A stretch of 62,526 nt of DNA from an uncultured Candidatus Saccharibacteria bacterium (GCA_964398685.1 CAYNNF010000005.1:1-62526); one strand, 5' to 3'; shown: positions 16,611-24,924, counted from the first letter of the stretch. Numbers and translations: made by a program. Notes: generated by a model not told the origin, from the sequence alone.

Positions 16611-16815
16611 CAAACAACTTATTAATATTTCTATTTTTACTAAAACAGAAATTAATATTTCTATTTGCTGAAACAGAAACTAATGTTTCTATTTGATAAA
16701 ACAGAAACTAATGTTTCTATATTTACTAAAACAGAAATTAATGTTTCTATATTTACTAAAACAGAAATTAATATTTCTATTTGCTGAAACAGAAACTAAT
16801 GTTTCTATATTTTAG
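16611..16815. repeat. Tandem array of 28-30-bp units, each carrying the 16-bp palindrome AGAAAYTAATRTTTCT
   Basis: Palindromes start at 16647, 16675, 16703, 16733, 16763 and 16791, plus a degenerate half-site at 16623-16632. A 57-nt block (16636-16692) is repeated exactly at 16752-16808. Confidence 0.9.
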
Positions 16816-16863
16816 GTAACATAAATAGAATTCAAATCAAGAACAATATTATAACTAAATTAT

Positions 16864-17475
16864 TTAATTTTCAATTTGCGGATTTTTTTTGGCTCCTTGG
16901 CGCATTTCCCATTTTGTCTGAACATAAAAACCCAACACAGAAACAATCGCCAATGTAAAAATCAGAACAATATATATTCCTAATCTTTCAAAACGATTGA
17001 TGACATATCCGCCCGTTTCCCCTAAAAGACGGATTAAAAGAATTGTTGAAGCAATACAGTAAGGAACAGTTAGCATCTGTATTTTTGCGCCTTTGCTTTT
17101 GGCCCATTGATAAACAAAAAGAGCAACGACAAATAAAGGCAGAGCAAAAGCAGCGTGCGCTAAAAGAGGTTTTACGCCATAGCGAAAAATATCATAATAA
17201 TAACGACTCAAATTTTCTCCTGTTACGGCTCGTGTTATGTCATACCAAATCGCGTTCAAAAGCATAACGGCAGTTACCGTCAGAATAAGTGATAAAATAG
17301 CGTTAAGAGGTGAAATTTTTGGCGCGCGCTCTTTAAGTTTTGGCATTTTGCGCGAAACTAATGTCCAAATTCCCAAAAGAACAAGCCCAAAAATCCCCCA
17401 GCCAATTAAGGAAGGCAAAATATTGTAAGACATATTTTTAAATAAATACAATTTACTATTTAATTTTTCGACCAA
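16864..17475 (-). CDS. Hypothetical polytopic membrane protein
   Basis: 203 aa with about 5-6 hydrophobic segments and no family motif recognised. An alternative start exists at MSYNIL. Confidence 0.5.
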   Translation of the reverse strand: MVEKLNSKLYLFKNMSYNILPSLIGWGIFGLVLLGIWTLVSRKMPKLKERAPKISPLNAILSLILTVTAVMLLNAIWYDITRAVTGENLSRYYYDIFRYGVKPLLAHAAFALPLFVVALFVYQWAKSKGAKIQMLTVPYCIASTILLIRLLGETGGYVINRFERLGIYIVLIFTLAIVSVLGFYVQTKWEMRQGAKKNPQIEN

Positions 17476-17513
17476 TTATAATTTACAATGAACATTCATA
17501 AACTTATGTAAGT

Positions 17514-17948
17514 TTAAGTGTCTATTTTTTTGAGCCGTCTTAGTCTTTTCTCTTCCCCCGTAAATTCTGTTTTAAGCCATACCTTAATAATTTCTTCGGC
17601 CTTTTTTTCACTTAGAAAATTAGCTCCCAAAGATAAAACATTAGTATCATCGTCTTTTCTTGACGAAACTGCCAATTCAGAGGTTGGAGCCAATACCGAT
17701 CTTACGCCTTTAAAGCGATTAGCTGTTATATCCATACCAACGCCAGAACCGCAAATTAAAATACCCTGATCTTTATTGGGATTCTCGGAAACCTTTTGAG
17801 CAACCAATTTTCCAAAATCAGTATAGTCATCATCTTTGTCATATTTATAATTTCCCAAATCCTGATATTCTAAATCAATTTCATTTAAAAAGTTTTTAAT
17901 TCTTTCCTTGAGTTGGTACCCCCTGTGGTCTGCTCCAATGTATATCAT
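17514..17948 (-). CDS. rpiB: Ribose-5-phosphate isomerase B
   Basis: MIYIGADHRGYQLKERI... and GILICGSGVGMDITANRFKGVR are RpiB/LacAB signature blocks. Confidence 0.85.
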   Translation of the reverse strand: MIYIGADHRGYQLKERIKNFLNEIDLEYQDLGNYKYDKDDDYTDFGKLVAQKVSENPNKDQGILICGSGVGMDITANRFKGVRSVLAPTSELAVSSRKDDDTNVLSLGANFLSEKKAEEIIKVWLKTEFTGEEKRLRRLKKIDT

Positions 17949-17955
17949 AAATATA

Positions 17956-18972
17956 CTATTGACAAATTTTTAATATATGTTCAACTAAAGTTGCGCAATA
18001 TCCCCATTCGTTATCATACCAAACAAGAATTTTAACTAAATCACCGTCCACCACTTTCGTAAAAGATAAGTCAACGGTTGCGGCATAAGGATCTTTGATA
18101 ATATCGGTTGATACGATTGACTCTTTGGTAGTTTTTAGAATTTTTTTCCATTGCTCTTCTCTCTCCGCTTGTTGAAAAATTTTGTTAATTTCTTCCGGCG
18201 ATGTTTGTCTCCCCGCAACAAAAGTAATGTCTGCCAAAGAACCGCAAATCACCGGCACTCTGGTCGCCATGCCATCAAATTTATCTTTAAGTTCTGGCAC
18301 AACCTTGCTCACAACTTGGGCCGCTCCTGTGGTGGTTGGCACAATATTTTGCGCTCCTGCTCTGCCCCGGCTCATTTTTTTATTAGGTCCATCAACAATA
18401 TTCTGACCAGCGGTATACGCATGGATTGTATTTAAGACCGCTTTTCTAACACCGATTGTTTCAGCTAGAATGTTCATAACTGGAGCAACTGCATTGGTTG
18501 TACAGGAACCATTTGAAGTAATTTTACCTAAATCTTTTTTTTCAAACAACTCATCGCTCACGCCCAATAAAAGGTGTTCAATTTCGTCTTTCGCAGGCGC
18601 GCTAATCACGACTCGTTTTGCGCCAGCTTTAAGGTGTTTTGACGCTCCTTCAAGGTCAATAAAAACACCCGTAGATTCAACAACCATATCAATTTCCAAT
18701 TCTTTCCAGGGCAATTTCTCGGGATCTCTCTCGGTTAAACTCAATATTTTCTTGCTGTCTATCTCTAAATATTTTTTGCCGTTTTCTGAAACGGGCTTAA
18801 CTGTTTTTTCATAGCGTCCATAAACAGTATCGTATTTTAAAAGATAGGCGAGGGTTTCTTCGTCAGTTAAGTCATTGATAGCTATGATTTCAATGTCTGG
18901 ATTTTCAAAAGCAATTTTGAGAAATGATCTGCCTATTCTCCCAAAACCATTAATGGCAATTTTAATTGGCAT
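17956..18972 (-). CDS. gap: Glyceraldehyde-3-phosphate dehydrogenase
   Basis: IAINGFGRIGRSF (Rossmann), the active-site block SNGSCTTNAVAP, and the C-terminal WYDNEWGY. Confidence 0.9.
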   Translation of the reverse strand: MPIKIAINGFGRIGRSFLKIAFENPDIEIIAINDLTDEETLAYLLKYDTVYGRYEKTVKPVSENGKKYLEIDSKKILSLTERDPEKLPWKELEIDMVVESTGVFIDLEGASKHLKAGAKRVVISAPAKDEIEHLLLGVSDELFEKKDLGKITSNGSCTTNAVAPVMNILAETIGVRKAVLNTIHAYTAGQNIVDGPNKKMSRGRAGAQNIVPTTTGAAQVVSKVVPELKDKFDGMATRVPVICGSLADITFVAGRQTSPEEINKIFQQAEREEQWKKILKTTKESIVSTDIIKDPYAATVDLSFTKVVDGDLVKILVWYDNEWGYCATLVEHILKICQ

Positions 18973-19013
18973 AATGTAAATAAATTACAAAAATTAGAAA
19001 TCTCCTTTATAAC

Positions 19014-19055
19014 ATTATATCTTATATTGTGTCTTTTTTTAAGTGGATAAATAAA
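19014..19055 (-). promoter_or_regulatory. Conserved promoter-like module A (upstream of gap)
   Basis: The minus strand reads TTTATTTATCCACTTAAAAAAAGACACAATATAAGATATAAT. TATAAT lies at a fixed 23-nt distance from TTATCCAC. The same architecture is found at 20534 and 21956. Confidence 0.5.
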
Positions 19056-19059
19056 AATG

Positions 19060-19078
19060 ACGGAGATCGTATCTCCGT
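19060..19078. terminator. Hairpin acggagat-cgt-atctccgt with flanking T/A runs
   Basis: 8-bp stem followed by atcttttttttt on the plus strand and cattttt on the minus strand. An identical copy lies at 22003-22021. Confidence 0.5.
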
Positions 19079-19105
19079 ATCTTTTTTTTAAATTTTAAAT
19101 TAAAA

Positions 19106-19128
19106 GTGTAGAGGTTAGCCCTCTACAC
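19106..19128 (-). terminator. Hairpin family copy 2 (gtgtagagg-ttagc-cctctacac)
   Basis: 9-bp stem with T-runs on both sides, downstream of the Cys-rich protein gene stop. Confidence 0.6.
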
Positions 19129-19138
19129 TTTTTGTTTT

Positions 19139-19164
19139 GTCATTCTGAACAAAGTGAAGAATCT
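19139..19164. repeat. Solo copy of dispersed 26-27-nt motif GTCATYCTGAAC..AGTGAAGRATCT
   Basis: gtcattctgaacaaagtgaagaatct matches 22 of 26 nt of the left arm at 25713-25739. Confidence 0.7.
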
Positions 19165-19174
19165 TAAGCCATCC

Positions 19175-20479
19175 CTATTCAATCACATTTCCTTCTTGAT
19201 AGGTATTCATTTCCATTTCATTAACAGGCGCAATCTTTGTCCAGTCATATCCCAAACGATTGAATGCTTCTGCTGTTTTTATCCATTGCTTAATGCCATT
19301 TTTCAATTCATAAACCTTGGAGTTACCTTTTTGTATAATAAGGTTGTTGTCTTTGTAAGAATTGATGACATTTTCATCTACTTCTACAACATCTTCCCAT
19401 TGGTCACCGTAAGAATTAAAGACCTGTTCCGAAGGAATGTGGCGCTTCATTCCCGATTCGGTGATATAGTAAATCATCGGGCTGTTTTTTAGTTTCAAAA
19501 GCTTTGTTTGGGGCGATAAATATTCTGAGTAACTGTTAACTGTTTCAGCTGTTATTTCTTGAACATTTTCCCATTTATAGCCCTGTTGTTGGAATTCTTC
19601 CGGACTTTTTATCCATTGCTTTTGACTGCCCTTTATCACATAAATCTTGGGGTCATTGGGAATCTTAATAAGGGTACCTTCAGGAAGATGAGCAATTGGC
19701 TGTTTTACGCACGCCCCATTTTGACAGCCGTTGGGACAGAGATATTTTTCTCTATTTTTACCAATGTCTTCCGAATTACTACAAAATCTTTCAAGTAAAT
19801 AATCTTTATTTAAACAAATATCCTGTTCTTCTGTTACCCCATAAGGATTATTTTTATAATTTAATTTTCCTTTAACATAATAATCTTTCCCTGAGTCTGA
19901 ATCTACACAAGTAGGAACCGTATTTGTCTGTCCTTCTTTAAGACACTGGCCGTTCATACATCCATAAGGACATTGATAATACTCATAATTTGCATCGTCA
20001 GAACCAACACAATAATATTCATTAACGGCCCCTGTAATAGGGTCGCAAGTATCAGTATAGGCGCCTTGAAAAGCTGAAGACTTTTTAAAGCTTGGTGTAT
20101 CAACGGTGCCTTTTTTATAATAATCCTTTCCGTCATCTGAGTCAGTACATACTGTTTCTGATTGAGCTTCTTCCTTAATGCATGCACCGTTTTCACAACC
20201 ATTGGGGCAAACATAACTTTCTACCTTTATTTCGTTGTTATCACAGTATACTTCGCCGAGGAAAGAATAGTCATTAATGGTTCCGCAAGAATCGACAAAT
20301 GTAATATAGTCAATAGTTGGATCTGTGCCATAACCATATGTATAATAATCTTTCCCTCCGTCAGAATCAGTGCAAGTTGAAGCATACGCATTTTCAGTAT
20401 TTATCAATACGCTTGCCAATCCTAAAAATAAAATTAGACTAAAAGAAAAAAACAAAAACTTTTTAATATTTTTAAACAT
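19175..20479 (-). CDS. Secreted Cys-rich repeat protein with C-terminal triple ~50-aa repeat
   Basis: It has a signal peptide (FLFFSFSLILFLGLASVLI). Three ~70-aa six-Cys modules follow, each starting C[TV]DSDxGKDYY and ending CPxGCxNGxC. Then come three repeats of the type K[IV]Y.I..G.K..I.S.E.F...GY.W..V. These repeats also occur in the protease at 25881-27647. Confidence 0.7.
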   Translation of the reverse strand: MFKNIKKFLFFSFSLILFLGLASVLINTENAYASTCTDSDGGKDYYTYGYGTDPTIDYITFVDSCGTINDYSFLGEVYCDNNEIKVESYVCPNGCENGACIKEEAQSETVCTDSDDGKDYYKKGTVDTPSFKKSSAFQGAYTDTCDPITGAVNEYYCVGSDDANYEYYQCPYGCMNGQCLKEGQTNTVPTCVDSDSGKDYYVKGKLNYKNNPYGVTEEQDICLNKDYLLERFCSNSEDIGKNREKYLCPNGCQNGACVKQPIAHLPEGTLIKIPNDPKIYVIKGSQKQWIKSPEEFQQQGYKWENVQEITAETVNSYSEYLSPQTKLLKLKNSPMIYYITESGMKRHIPSEQVFNSYGDQWEDVVEVDENVINSYKDNNLIIQKGNSKVYELKNGIKQWIKTAEAFNRLGYDWTKIAPVNEMEMNTYQEGNVIE

Positions 20480-20533
20480 ATTATTTTAATCAAAAGACTA
20501 AGTGTTATAAAAGTTAAATTGCTTATTGTTTAT

Positions 20534-20575
20534 ATTATACTTTAAAAAGTATCTTTTTTTAAGTGGATAAATAAA
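20534..20575 (-). promoter_or_regulatory. Conserved promoter-like module B (upstream of Cys-rich protein gene)
   Basis: The minus strand reads TTTATTTATCCACTTAAAAAAAGATACTTTTTAAAGTATAAT, with the same spacing as modules A and C. Confidence 0.5.
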
Positions 20576-20629
20576 GTACTTTTGAGAGATTTTTTTTTAA
20601 TATTATTACTTAAGTTGAATTAAATAATA

Positions 20630-21841
20630 TTAACATAACTTAATATCGTCCGCTATATATGATAATCTCTCTTGCGCAAAATCAATCCATTGCTTAATAA
20701 CTTCATCTTCAGCTGTTTGTAAATTTAAGCTGTAATAAACGGCTCGTCCAACTCCACGTTTTTTGAGCAACTGATTTTCAACTGCTTTTTGTAAATAAGA
20801 AACAAAAGTTTGTCGAGAAATCTTCTTTTTAGAAAATTTAAACAAAGTATTAAATTGTAATTCATGCCGTTTTATTAATGGTTTAAAAACTAATTTGATT
20901 TTTTTATCCTCTATCTTTTTTTCTAAAAATTCAGCGCGCTTAGCTTCTAAACTTGCTTTAAGAACTGAAATAATAGATAAAACAACAGCTTCTAATACAA
21001 AAGAGGTGAAATGATTTAAGTTTTTCCTTTCCAAAGAATAAAGTAAATATTTATAGTATCTGTCTTTTTGTTGATGGTAATAATATGAAGTGCTATAAAG
21101 ATTTTTAGAATTAATATCTAAACTACGCAACAAAATATGTTCTAAAACTCGGCATACTCTTTTATTGCCATTGTTAAAAGGGTGGAGAGCGTAGAGGGCA
21201 GTGTGAAATATACCCACGCTAGTAATTGAATTGTTTGCTCTAAGCCAAGATATAAGTTCTTTGATGCCTCCAGGTATTTTCTTATAAGATGGGGGTTTAT
21301 AACTGCCAACTCGAATAGCGTCATTGTCTCGCCACTTGCCAGATTTATAAACGGTGAAACCAGGCAAGTGTCTATGAAACACATCTAATCCCTGACTTAA
21401 TTGAAAGTGAACATCTTTGATGAGATTAGGAGTTAATTTATCTATTTTAAATCGCTCTTGGTTTAATTTTTTAAAGGTCTTGGCAATATTGAAAAATTCT
21501 AATTTTTCATAATCCTTTTGGGTTAATTTCTTTTTGTTTTTGATTTTTTTTCTAATAAAATCGTAACCCTGATTATTTAATATTACATTATATACATCTT
21601 TAGCCTCTTTTAGGGACAGAGAAGATGCCTCGGCTTTAGAAATAGCAAAAGAGGCCAGTAGCTCATTTTTACTGATCAAATTCTTTTCTACATCAGGATT
21701 CATAAATAACTGTTCGTATTCTGATAATTCTTTATCTAGCTTAACGATTTCTTTGTCCTTAAAAGGCAGTAACTCGGGGGTTAATATAAATTCTTTCAGA
21801 AAATCTTGAGAAAATAGATTTTTTGTAATTTTCTTATTCAT
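20630..21841 (-). CDS. Fic-family protein (non-canonical active-site motif)
   Basis: 403 aa. The core motif is HPFNNGNKRVCR, against the consensus HxFx(D/E)GNGRxxR. A C-terminal winged-helix-like region is present. Confidence 0.8.
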   Translation of the reverse strand: MNKKITKNLFSQDFLKEFILTPELLPFKDKEIVKLDKELSEYEQLFMNPDVEKNLISKNELLASFAISKAEASSLSLKEAKDVYNVILNNQGYDFIRKKIKNKKKLTQKDYEKLEFFNIAKTFKKLNQERFKIDKLTPNLIKDVHFQLSQGLDVFHRHLPGFTVYKSGKWRDNDAIRVGSYKPPSYKKIPGGIKELISWLRANNSITSVGIFHTALYALHPFNNGNKRVCRVLEHILLRSLDINSKNLYSTSYYYHQQKDRYYKYLLYSLERKNLNHFTSFVLEAVVLSIISVLKASLEAKRAEFLEKKIEDKKIKLVFKPLIKRHELQFNTLFKFSKKKISRQTFVSYLQKAVENQLLKKRGVGRAVYYSLNLQTAEDEVIKQWIDFAQERLSYIADDIKLC

Positions 21842-21854
21842 ATAATTAATCTAG

Positions 21855-21890
21855 AATTGGTCTAATAATTAGTCCAATTATTGGTCTAAT
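21855..21890. promoter_or_regulatory. Three alternating 9-mers TTGGTCTAA / TTAGTCCAA / TTGGTCTAA in the fic leader
   Basis: The half-sites lie at 21857-21865, 21869-21877 and 21881-21889, 12 bp apart, between the predicted -10 (21956-21961) and the fic start (21841). Confidence 0.45.
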
Positions 21891-21955
21891 TTAAGTATAT
21901 CAATATTACAAATAAAGTCAATGCTTCACCAAAAAACTAAATTACCTATGTTTGT

Positions 21956-21997
21956 ATTATACTTCAAAATGTGTCTTTTTTTAAGTAGATAAATAAA
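21956..21997 (-). promoter_or_regulatory. Conserved promoter-like module C (upstream of fic)
   Basis: The minus strand reads TTTATTTATCTACTTAAAAAAAGACACATTTTGAAGTATAAT, with the same spacing as modules A and B. Confidence 0.5.
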
Positions 21998-22002
21998 AAA
22001 TG

Positions 22003-22021
22003 ACGGAGATCGTATCTCCGT
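22003..22021. terminator. Second copy of hairpin acggagat-cgt-atctccgt
   Basis: Identical 19-nt hairpin to 19060-19078, in the same position relative to the promoter module. Confidence 0.5.
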
Positions 22022-22040
22022 ATATCTATCTTTTATTAAA

Positions 22041-22063
22041 GTGTAGAGATTAGACCTCTACAC
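22041..22063 (-). terminator. Hairpin family copy 3 (gtgtagaga-ttaga-cctctacac), terminator after secA
   Basis: 8-bp stem followed by a T-run, starting 8 nt beyond the secA stop. Confidence 0.6.
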
Positions 22064-22070
22064 TTTTTAA

Positions 22071-24863
22071 TCAGCTATATTTCTCCAAACAACATTTTTT
22101 ATACTTTTTGCCAGAACCGCACGGACAAGGATCATTTCTGCCAACATGCCTAAATTCAGGTGGAATTTCTTGAGCAATATTTTGCTGTTGTTCTTGTTCT
22201 TTGGCAAATTCTTCAATCGGTGTTTTTTGAGATAATTGAGGTATAGTCGGCGCTTTTTGATCCTGGGTTTTGGCTGCTCCCCTAAGAATAAGCGGCGCTT
22301 GGCTCCTAGAAAAACTCGTCGGCATTTCTTCTCTAATCTCAATATGCAAAACACGTTTAAGGACTTCTCTTCTTGTCTTGCTCAAAAATTCTTTAAATCT
22401 TTGATACCCTTCGTTTTTATATTCAACCAAAGGATCTTTTTGTCCATAAGCTCGCAAACCAACGCTATCCCGCAAATAACTCATTCCATCCAAATGTTCC
22501 ATCCAAAACATATCAATCGTTGATAAAAGCAAAGCTCGCGATAAATTGATAAAATTCTCTCTATCAATTGCCTTTTTAATTTTGTCAATTTTCTCATCAA
22601 AAAGCCCGCCAATTAGTTTTTTTATTTTTTCCTTTCTTTTTAGCGGCAATATATTTTCTTTTCTTATTTCAAGAAGCAAATTATGAATATTCTTGTCTTG
22701 ATTAAGCAGTGTTTTTACTTCTTCAGAAACCTCTTCTATGTCCCATAATCTTTCATCTTTATTGGGTAAAAGAGCGTCAAGAATTTCGTCAATTTCTTTT
22801 TCCGCGTATTCTTTAAAAATTTTATCCAGTTCTTGTTTCTCTAAAATTTCATTTCTTTTTCTATAAATCGTTTCGCGATGAATATTCATAACATCGTCAT
22901 ATTCCAAGATATGTTTTCTTGCGTCAAAGTGAAAACCTTCAATTTTTGCCTGAGCTGATTCAAGCGCTTTAGAAATCATTTTATTTTCAATGGGCTGATC
23001 TTCAGGTATGCCGAATTTCCCCATCAGATTTTTAATTCTATCCGACCCAAAGATTCTCATTAAATCATCTTCCAGAGAAACAAAGAATTGAGATTCGCCC
23101 GGATCGCCTTGTCTGCCTGAGCGACCTCTTAACTGATTATCAATTCGGCGCGCCTCGTGGCGCTCTGTGCCAATGACGCACAGGCCTCCCGCCTCCTTAA
23201 CTTTTTCGGCCTCTTCCGGACTGGGAGGATTTCCCCCAAGAACAATGTCAACACCGCGGCCAGCCATATTTGTCGCTATCGTAACAGCGCCCAGGCGGCC
23301 TGTTTGAGCAATAATTTGACCTTCTTTTTCGTGTTGTTTTGCATTTAAAAGATTATGTTGAATGCCTTCTTTTTTAAGCAAAGACCCTAAATATTCATTT
23401 TTCTCAATAGAAATTGTGCCAACTAAAACTGGCTGACCTTTTTGATTGCATTCCTTAATTTTTCTAATAATAGCCGTGAATTTGCCTTTTTCTGTTTGGT
23501 AAATGCTGTCTGGCCTATCTTTGCGAATTAAGGGTTTGTGAGTGGGAATAGCAGTTACATCAAGCTTATAAACTTTATGAAATTCTTCGGCGCTTGTTAA
23601 CGCGGTGCCAGTCATACCTGCAAGTTTTTCATAAAGCCGAAAATAATTCTGAAAAGTAATTGTTGCCAATGTGCGCGATTCTTTTTTAATCTCAACTCCC
23701 TCTTTTGCCTCAATTGCTTGGTGAAGACCTTCTGAATAGCGGCGTCCCGGCATAAGGCGACCAGTAAAATCATCAACAATAATAACCTCGCCATCTTTTA
23801 CAACATAATTTTTATCCCTTTTAAAAAGAATATTTGCTTGAAGAGCTTGTTCTATATGATGCAGAATATCAAGATTTTCGCCATCATAAATATTTTTTAT
23901 TCCCAATAATTTTTCTATCCGATCTATTCCTCCTTCCGTTAAGCTCACCGCTCTCATTTTTTCATCAACATTATAATCTGATCCTTCTTTGAGGCGCGGA
24001 GCAGTTTGAGCAAGAGTTTTATAAAGTTCGCTTGAACGCGTATCAGCCCTAGAAATAATCAAGGGCGTACGCGCTTCGTCAATTAAAATTGAATCAACTT
24101 CATCCACAATAGCGTAATGATGCCCTCTTTGGCTTTTTTGGGATAAATCGTACACCATATTATCACGCAAATAATCAAAGCCAAATTCATTGTTAGTGCC
24201 ATAAGTGATATCGGCATTATATGCTTCTTTTCTTAAACAAGGTTTTAAAAATTCTTGGACAACCTTAAAAGATCCTAATTCATCCCTTTCTTCGTCTAAT
24301 TCTTCTCCTTCGCGCGTCTCATTTTTATATGCCGGATCATAGATAAATGATTGATTTTGTTGTTGAATAGAACCGACAGAAAGCCCCAAAAAATAATAAA
24401 TTTGTCCCATCCAAACGGCATCTCTTCTTGCCAAATAATCGTTAACCGTCACAACATGAACACCTTTGCCCGAAAGCGCGTTTAGATAAACCGCCAAAGT
24501 AGCAGCCAAAGTTTTTCCCTCGCCAGTTTTCATTTCAATCACTTGTCCTTTATGAAGCGCAATAGCACACATTAATTGCTCGTCAAAATGGCGTTGATTT
24601 AATGTTCTCTTCGCCGCTTCTCTAACCAAAGCAAAAGCAAGGGGCAGGACTTCGTTAATGCTTGGCGCTTGCTTGTCCGCCGAAACCCTGGTGGAGGAGG
24701 AACTTTTGACATCTGACCTTAATTGCTCAGATCTTTTTTTAATTTCTGTATCGGAAAGCTTCTCAAGTTTTTTTTCAAGTTCATTAATTTCACCTATAAT
24801 CGGGTTAAGATTTTTTAAATATTTTTCGTTCGCATCGCCAAAAATTTTAGAAAAAATAGACAT
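22071..24863 (-). CDS. secA: Preprotein translocase ATPase SecA
   Basis: 930 aa. It has Walker A MKTGEGKTL, DEVDSILIDEARTPLIIS and TNMAGRGVDI. The C-terminal zinc-binding tail is CPCGSGKKYKKCC. Confidence 0.95.
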   Translation of the reverse strand: MSIFSKIFGDANEKYLKNLNPIIGEINELEKKLEKLSDTEIKKRSEQLRSDVKSSSSTRVSADKQAPSINEVLPLAFALVREAAKRTLNQRHFDEQLMCAIALHKGQVIEMKTGEGKTLAATLAVYLNALSGKGVHVVTVNDYLARRDAVWMGQIYYFLGLSVGSIQQQNQSFIYDPAYKNETREGEELDEERDELGSFKVVQEFLKPCLRKEAYNADITYGTNNEFGFDYLRDNMVYDLSQKSQRGHHYAIVDEVDSILIDEARTPLIISRADTRSSELYKTLAQTAPRLKEGSDYNVDEKMRAVSLTEGGIDRIEKLLGIKNIYDGENLDILHHIEQALQANILFKRDKNYVVKDGEVIIVDDFTGRLMPGRRYSEGLHQAIEAKEGVEIKKESRTLATITFQNYFRLYEKLAGMTGTALTSAEEFHKVYKLDVTAIPTHKPLIRKDRPDSIYQTEKGKFTAIIRKIKECNQKGQPVLVGTISIEKNEYLGSLLKKEGIQHNLLNAKQHEKEGQIIAQTGRLGAVTIATNMAGRGVDIVLGGNPPSPEEAEKVKEAGGLCVIGTERHEARRIDNQLRGRSGRQGDPGESQFFVSLEDDLMRIFGSDRIKNLMGKFGIPEDQPIENKMISKALESAQAKIEGFHFDARKHILEYDDVMNIHRETIYRKRNEILEKQELDKIFKEYAEKEIDEILDALLPNKDERLWDIEEVSEEVKTLLNQDKNIHNLLLEIRKENILPLKRKEKIKKLIGGLFDEKIDKIKKAIDRENFINLSRALLLSTIDMFWMEHLDGMSYLRDSVGLRAYGQKDPLVEYKNEGYQRFKEFLSKTRREVLKRVLHIEIREEMPTSFSRSQAPLILRGAAKTQDQKAPTIPQLSQKTPIEEFAKEQEQQQNIAQEIPPEFRHVGRNDPCPCGSGKKYKKCCLEKYS

Positions 24864-24924
24864 AACTTAATTTCACAAAATATACTTCATTGTACATCTA
24901 AATACTTAAAATTAAAAGAAAAAA

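Noticed and set aside
16611-16815. Possible CRISPR array
   Set aside because: The period is only 28-30 bp, with no unique spacers between repeats. The units are themselves palindromic operators, and no cas genes are nearby. It is a tandem repeat or iteron array, not CRISPR.
19043-19050. DnaA-box-like TTATCCAC(T) sequences (also 20563-20570, 21985-21992; a perfect TTATCCACA at 35476-35484 inside a hairpin) as a replication origin
   Set aside because: The boxes are kilobases apart, and each is locked at a fixed distance from a TATAAT as part of a promoter module. There is no cluster, no AT-rich DUE and no dnaA/dnaN context. The evidence for oriC is insufficient.
22067-22354. 95-aa ORF overlapping the secA 3' end in another frame
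   Set aside because: It is fully contained in the secA coding region, whose C-terminal zinc-finger tail is clearly conserved. It is a basic low-complexity artefact.
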